Shown here: one piece after another, positions 27,594 to 32,000 of the stretch
How positions within the stretch are numbered: position 1 is the first letter of the stretch
Layout of the letters: every line of letters begins with the position of its first letter
NCBI RefSeq assembly: GCF_900187275.1
Contig: NZ_LT906458.1
Location: forward strand, 1,350,001-1,382,000
DNA from: Pasteurella multocida
GTDB lineage: Bacteria > Pseudomonadota > Gammaproteobacteria > Enterobacterales > Pasteurellaceae
Direction of reading: 5' to 3'
Length of the DNA: 32,000 bases
Made by a program: the position numbers and the translations under genes
The notes under the pieces: generated by a model
What the model was told of the DNA's origin: nothing
Database searches by the model: none
What the model saw: only the letters and a program-made list of their open reading frames with translations

Positions 27594-28490
27594 ATGAGCA
27601 TTGATAAGTTTACAGCACTGACGAAAGATGTCGGTGGAATCCCAGTTGCTCGACTTTTACCTAAATCAAGCAAAAAAACAATTGGTGCATGGTGTTTTTT
27701 AGATCATGCTGGTCCTGCTGAATTTTCACAAGAATCAGATGGTTTACAAGTCGGCTCACATCCTCATACAAACCTACAAACGTTTACATGGATGCTCTCT
27801 GGTGAGGTATGGCATCAGGATAGTTTAGGCTTTCGTCAATTAATTCGCCCTAAACAAGTCAATTTAATGACGGCAGGAACAAACAATTATGGTATTTGCC
27901 ATACGGAGCAAACACCTGAAAACGTCAAAGATTTGCACGCTGTGCAACTTTGGATTGCATTACCAATGAATCAAGAAATTAAGCCTAATTTTGAACATTA
28001 TCCGACTCTACCAGAGTGGTCCGAAGATGGCATTAATTTTATCTTAACAACAGGTAGCTTTGCTGGTCATACGGCACCCACAACGCAATTTAGCCCATTA
28101 TTAGGCTTAGATGTACAGTTTACTAAAAAGACTTCACTGACAGTAAAAGTAGAAAAAGGTTGGGAATATGGCGCGCTAGTGATTGGCGGTACGTTATCTG
28201 TTAATGGTGAAGAATACCAACAAGATGAACTTGCTGTATTAACTGCTTGTGATGAACATGGGACATTTACTTTAGAAGGAGAAGAAGGCTGTCATCTCAT
28301 GTTATTAGGGGGAGAACCTCTGCCGCATCCCACTGTAATTTGGTGGAATTTTGTTGCGGATAAAGCAGAAACCTTAACACAAGCGGTAGAAGACTGGAAT
28401 AACAACCATCCTCGATTTGGTCATATTAATCTTGAAGGCACAAAACTTAAACGATTAATTGCCCCTAGAGTACCTGAAAAATTAAAATAA
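27594..28490 (+). CDS. Pirin-family bicupin protein
   Basis: 298 aa from the ATG at 27594 (AAGGAG 7 nt upstream). The ORF-track start at 27588 is a TTG. It has a cupin His motif (GSHPHTNLQTFTWML), a second cupin half and pirin-like length. The motif diverges from the canonical HPHRGFET. Confidence 0.7.
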   Translation: MSIDKFTALTKDVGGIPVARLLPKSSKKTIGAWCFLDHAGPAEFSQESDGLQVGSHPHTNLQTFTWMLSGEVWHQDSLGFRQLIRPKQVNLMTAGTNNYGICHTEQTPENVKDLHAVQLWIALPMNQEIKPNFEHYPTLPEWSEDGINFILTTGSFAGHTAPTTQFSPLLGLDVQFTKKTSLTVKVEKGWEYGALVIGGTLSVNGEEYQQDELAVLTACDEHGTFTLEGEEGCHLMLLGGEPLPHPTVIWWNFVADKAETLTQAVEDWNNNHPRFGHINLEGTKLKRLIAPRVPEKLK

Positions 28491-28517
28491 CAAAAAAATC
28501 GTACTACTAATATCCTA

Positions 28518-28526
28518 AAGTGCGGT
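28518..28526 (+). repeat. Hin-type uptake signal sequence core
   Basis: Exact AAGTGCGGT in the pirin-treC spacer. Confidence 0.8.
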
Positions 28527-28554
28527 CCGTTTAAAACAAATTTTATCAGTGAGA

Positions 28555-28587
28555 AAAAAGTGAAAAATAATTTATTTTTCACTTTTT
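28555..28587. terminator. Long AT-rich palindrome between the convergent pirin and treC genes, a possible bidirectional terminator
   Basis: AAAAAGTGAAAAATAA (28555-28570) pairs with TTATTTTTCACTTTTT (28572-28587). That is 16 complementary positions but only 2 G:C pairs. It lies 12 nt from the treC stop. Confidence 0.4.
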
Positions 28588-28598
28588 ATTTTCTTTAA

Positions 28599-30239
28599 TT
28601 ATTGATGAAGATAGACTGCTTGGTAAGGCATTAACGTAACTTGCCTATTTTCAATTCTATAGTCTCCATAATTATTCATCAAACATATGACTTCCTTATG
28701 ACACCACGCTGGAGGTAATTCAAATATCTGTTCTACTTCACTTAAATTAGCCAATACAAGCAATTTTTCATCTAAAGTCTGGCGTTGATAACACCACAAT
28801 AAGGGATGTTCAGGGGCTAAATCTTGATAATCACCCTCTGTTAAAATCGGCAATTTCTTACGTAATGCGATCAAATTTTTATAGGTATAAAACACTGAAT
28901 TTTTGTCAGCTAAGGCAGATTTTGCATTGATTTTTAAATAGTTTTTTGCCACATCAATCCAAGGCTCACCTGTTGTAAATCCAGCTTGTGCCGAGTCATC
29001 CCACTGCATTGGTGTTCGGCTATTATCACGAGACTTTTGTGCCAAAATTTGCATAATTAATGTTTCATCAATGCCTTTTTCCTGTAATTCTGCATAAGCA
29101 TTTAAACTTTCTACATCACGATATTGCTCAATAGTAGTGAAATTTGGATTTGTCATACCAAATTCTTCACCTTGGTAAATATAAGGCGTTCCTTGCAAGC
29201 CGTGTAATAACATAGCTAGCATTTTTGCTGACTCTTGATGCCATTGTTCTTCATTACCAAAGCGTGACACAATACGCGGTTGGTCATGATTACACCAGAA
29301 CAAGGCATTCCAAGCTTTGCCATACATACCTTGTTGCCAATAGTTAAAAATAGATTTCAATTGCACATAATCAGGTTGAGCATAAGTCCATTTTTCCCCA
29401 TTTGGATAATCGACTTTCAAATGATGAAAATTAAAAGTCATCGAGAGTTCTGTGCCTGCTAAATTGGCATATTTTTGACAGTTTTCTAAGGTCGTCGAAG
29501 ACATCTCTCCAACCGTCATTAAGCCATAAGGAGTGAGTGCACGTTGATTTAATAACTGTAAATATTGGTGAATTTTCGGTCCATCCGTATAAAAACGACG
29601 CCCATCCCCTTCGGGATCATCTTCAAATTGTTCAGGTTTTGAAATTAAATTCACCACATCTAAGCGCAAGCCATCAATACCTTTCTCTGCCCAAAACTTA
29701 CAAATGTCGAATAGTTCTTCTCGTAATTTTGAGTTCTCCCAATTTAAATCCGCCTGCTCGGGTGCAAATAAATGCAAATAATATTTTTGTGCTTTGTCAG
29801 ACCATTTCCATGCTGAACCGCCAAATTTTGACTTCCAATTGGTTAGGCTCTCACGCCAAATATAATAGTCGTGATATTCGCTATTTGGGTCCTCACCCTC
29901 AACAAACCATCGATGGAAAGTTGAGCTATGATTAAACACCATATCCATCACAATTTTGATGCCTCGTTGATGCGCTTGTGCAATTAACTGTTCAAAATCA
30001 GCCATACAGCCATAACTCGGATCTATATCACGATAATTAGCGATGTCATAACCATTATCAATTTGTGGCGAAACATACATCGGTGTAATCCAAAGCCCAT
30101 CAACACCCAATTCTTTTAAATAATCTAAACGCTTAATAATTCCCTGAATATCGCCAGTTCCACTTCCCGTTGTATCTTGGAAAGATTTTGGATAGATTTG
30201 GTAGATAACCCCATTTTGCCACCAATTTTTATTACTCAT
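28599..30239 (-). CDS. treC: Trehalose-6-phosphate hydrolase (GH13)
   Basis: 546 aa. WWQNGVIYQIYPKSFQDTTGSGTGD, DMVFNH, GLRLDVV and the rest are collinear with E. coli TreC as I recall it. Confidence 0.9.
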   Translation of the reverse strand: MSNKNWWQNGVIYQIYPKSFQDTTGSGTGDIQGIIKRLDYLKELGVDGLWITPMYVSPQIDNGYDIANYRDIDPSYGCMADFEQLIAQAHQRGIKIVMDMVFNHSSTFHRWFVEGEDPNSEYHDYYIWRESLTNWKSKFGGSAWKWSDKAQKYYLHLFAPEQADLNWENSKLREELFDICKFWAEKGIDGLRLDVVNLISKPEQFEDDPEGDGRRFYTDGPKIHQYLQLLNQRALTPYGLMTVGEMSSTTLENCQKYANLAGTELSMTFNFHHLKVDYPNGEKWTYAQPDYVQLKSIFNYWQQGMYGKAWNALFWCNHDQPRIVSRFGNEEQWHQESAKMLAMLLHGLQGTPYIYQGEEFGMTNPNFTTIEQYRDVESLNAYAELQEKGIDETLIMQILAQKSRDNSRTPMQWDDSAQAGFTTGEPWIDVAKNYLKINAKSALADKNSVFYTYKNLIALRKKLPILTEGDYQDLAPEHPLLWCYQRQTLDEKLLVLANLSEVEQIFELPPAWCHKEVICLMNNYGDYRIENRQVTLMPYQAVYLHQ

Positions 30240-30271
30240 ATTGTTCCCTTACAAAAGTGTGTTGCTATCAA

Positions 30272-30628
30272 TTAACGAGTTAAATCAAAACTCCAGTCGA
30301 TTAAATGATAAAGTTGTTGTTGCGGAAAAGGACTATTAAGACGTAAGCTAAACCAATGTCTTTTATTCATATGATAGGCAGGAAAAATAGCCTCACTTTG
30401 GCGTAAACTATCAATGACAGCTGGCTCACATTTTAAATTAATAATATCGATTTGTTCTGTCTCTGCTAAACCTAAACTTATTGCTGGCACAGTTAAAATC
30501 AAAGCAAACCATTTATGGTTATGTGGATGTCGGAATACAGCATAACAAGGTTTATCTTGCCAAGGATAATCAGGACGAATAGCATATTTTCGTTCAATGT
30601 ATTTTAAAATAGCTTCGCGAGTTAACAT
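30272..30628 (-). CDS. MmcQ/YjbR-family protein
   Basis: 118 aa. FRHPHNHKWFALIL and HMNKRHWFSLRL...LYHLIDWSFDLT match the YjbR/MmcQ pattern (E. coli YjbR has HLNKAHWSTVYL...IYYLVDASY). Confidence 0.7.
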   Translation of the reverse strand: MLTREAILKYIERKYAIRPDYPWQDKPCYAVFRHPHNHKWFALILTVPAISLGLAETEQIDIINLKCEPAVIDSLRQSEAIFPAYHMNKRHWFSLRLNSPFPQQQLYHLIDWSFDLTR

Positions 30629-30677
30629 CTATCCGTCCTTTTGCACTATTGTTTTATCCAAAACTCTGCTAAAACAA

Positions 30678-30686
30678 ACCGCACTT
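30678..30686 (-). repeat. Hin-type uptake signal sequence core
   Basis: Exact ACCGCACTT in the treB-yjbR spacer. Confidence 0.8.
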
Positions 30687-30727
30687 TCTCCCTTTCTGAA
30701 GGACAAAAGGGATGAAAAAAAGTTTGA

Positions 30728-32000
30728 CTAATTTAATGTACCTGCTTTTTCTTTACGTTTGTAAACAAGAGTAGTAAGAATGAATGGTACAACAATCGCT
30801 ATTGCCATAGCTAAAGCATAGACTGCCCAATATTGATGTTGAATAGATAAAATTCCAGGTAATCCACCCACACCAATACTGCTCGCTAATACACCAGCTA
30901 GACCACAAACTAAACCAGCAGTAGCTGAACCAATCATGGCACAAAGCATAGGAAAACGATATTTTAAGTTAACCCCATACATAGCAGGTTCTGTTACACC
31001 TAAATAAGCAGAGATTGCAGCTGGCACAGAGATTTCACGAGATTCTGCTGTTTTATTAACATAAATAATCGCTAATACGGCTGATGCTTGAGCAATGTTT
31101 GAAAGTGCAATTAAAGGCCATACTGGCGTACCGCCAATACTGCTAATCATTTGGAAGTCGATAGCTAGCGTTGTTTGATGTACACCTGTTACAACTAATG
31201 GGGCATATAAGAAACCAAATAATGCTGCGCCAATCGGAGCAAAATCACCTGTCATAGCGTGTTTTACAACAAAGGCAACACCATTACCAATTTCACGTCC
31301 AATTGGACCGATAATTGAATGTGCAAGGAAAACTGCTAATATAATAGACACTACTGACACAATCACTAAATTCAAATAATTTGGCACAATTTTAGTTAAA
31401 TACCGCTCGATAAATGACAATGCTAGCCCAGCCATAATTGCTGGAATCACTTGAGCTTGGTACCCCACTTTTTCAATTGCCATGAATCCAAAATCCCATG
31501 CTTCAGGCAGTTGTGATCCTAATGCATAAGAATTCATTAATTGTGGTGAAACTAATGTGACCCCTAACACAATGCCTAAGATAGGCGATGTTCCCATTTT
31601 ACGTGCGATAGACCAACAGATACCTACTGGTAAAAAGTGGAAAATCGCCTCACCGACCAGCCATAAGAAACTGTGCATACTTGCCCAGAATGAACTGATA
31701 TCAACTAGTGTTTTAGTGCCATCTTCAAACATTTTGATGTCACCAATCACATTACGGAAACCTAAAATCAAACCACCACTAATTAGTGCTGGTAGCAATG
31801 GAATAAAAATATCAGCTAAATGAGAAATACTGCGTTCATACCATTTTTGATTTTGGCGTGCCGCTGCTTTGATTTGTTCTTTATCCGCATTAGCTAAGCC
31901 TGTCTTTTCAAGTAAAACTTTGTAATAGTCACCAACTTCTTGACCAATTACCACTTGATATTGACCACCTGTTGCAAAACTGGCTTTTACCATTGGTAAG
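30728..32000 (-). CDS. treB: PTS trehalose-specific EIIBC component, C-terminal ~424 codons (N-terminus beyond the right edge)
   Basis: The frame stays open to the window end. It contains the tail of an EIIB domain (GQYQVVIG..YY..L) followed by a polytopic EIIC domain. It is adjacent to treC. Confidence 0.85.
   Translation of the reverse strand, partial: LPMVKASFATGGQYQVVIGQEVGDYYKVLLEKTGLANADKEQIKAAARQNQKWYERSISHLADIFIPLLPALISGGLILGFRNVIGDIKMFEDGTKTLVDISSFWASMHSFLWLVGEAIFHFLPVGICWSIARKMGTSPILGIVLGVTLVSPQLMNSYALGSQLPEAWDFGFMAIEKVGYQAQVIPAIMAGLALSFIERYLTKIVPNYLNLVIVSVVSIILAVFLAHSIIGPIGREIGNGVAFVVKHAMTGDFAPIGAALFGFLYAPLVVTGVHQTTLAIDFQMISSIGGTPVWPLIALSNIAQASAVLAIIYVNKTAESREISVPAAISAYLGVTEPAMYGVNLKYRFPMLCAMIGSATAGLVCGLAGVLASSIGVGGLPGILSIQHQYWAVYALAMAIAIVVPFILTTLVYKRKEKAGTLN

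Noticed and set aside
1-32000. Search for CRISPR arrays, IS/transposon ends, integrases, tRNA/rRNA genes, prophage genes or toxin-antitoxin pairs
   Set aside because: None were found on visual inspection. There are no regularly spaced direct repeats, no long terminal inverted repeats, no recombinase-like ORFs in the track and no GC-rich structured RNA-like segments.

Overview
This window looks like an ordinary core-chromosome segment of a Pasteurellaceae genome. It carries 11 perfect Hin-type uptake signal sequences (AAGTGCGGT), and the proteins match Haemophilus and E. coli orthologues as I recall them. No database search was run. Left to right it contains: the 5' part of a catalase gene (absent from the ORF track because it has no stop in the window); a 933-bp ORF-free AT-rich spacer; a YhiN/HI0933-family flavoprotein; the nitrite reductase locus nrfABCD with its dedicated heme-lyase module nrfE-dsbE-nrfF-nrfG; a Protein-E-like lipoprotein adhesin; purMN behind a perfect PurR box; upp, uraA and hda; a three-gene operon (YaeR-like VOC protein plus two envelope proteins I cannot assign); the System I cytochrome c maturation operon ccmABCDEFGHI; a KefB/KefC-type K+ efflux gene divergent from an FMN-reductase/pirin pair; and treB-(yjbR-family)-treC. 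I saw no rRNA, tRNA, CRISPR array, transposase, integrase, phage gene or defence-type gene. I do not see a convincing novel multi-gene system. The items most worth a second look are a near-consensus Fur box upstream of nrfA, the 933-bp non-coding spacer with internal short repeats, the VOC/secreted/lipoprotein operon of unknown function, an intrinsic terminator between nrfD and nrfE, the kef/FMN-reductase/pirin arrangement, and a yjbR-family gene inside the trehalose operon. Several ORF-track starts were moved to better-supported start codons.
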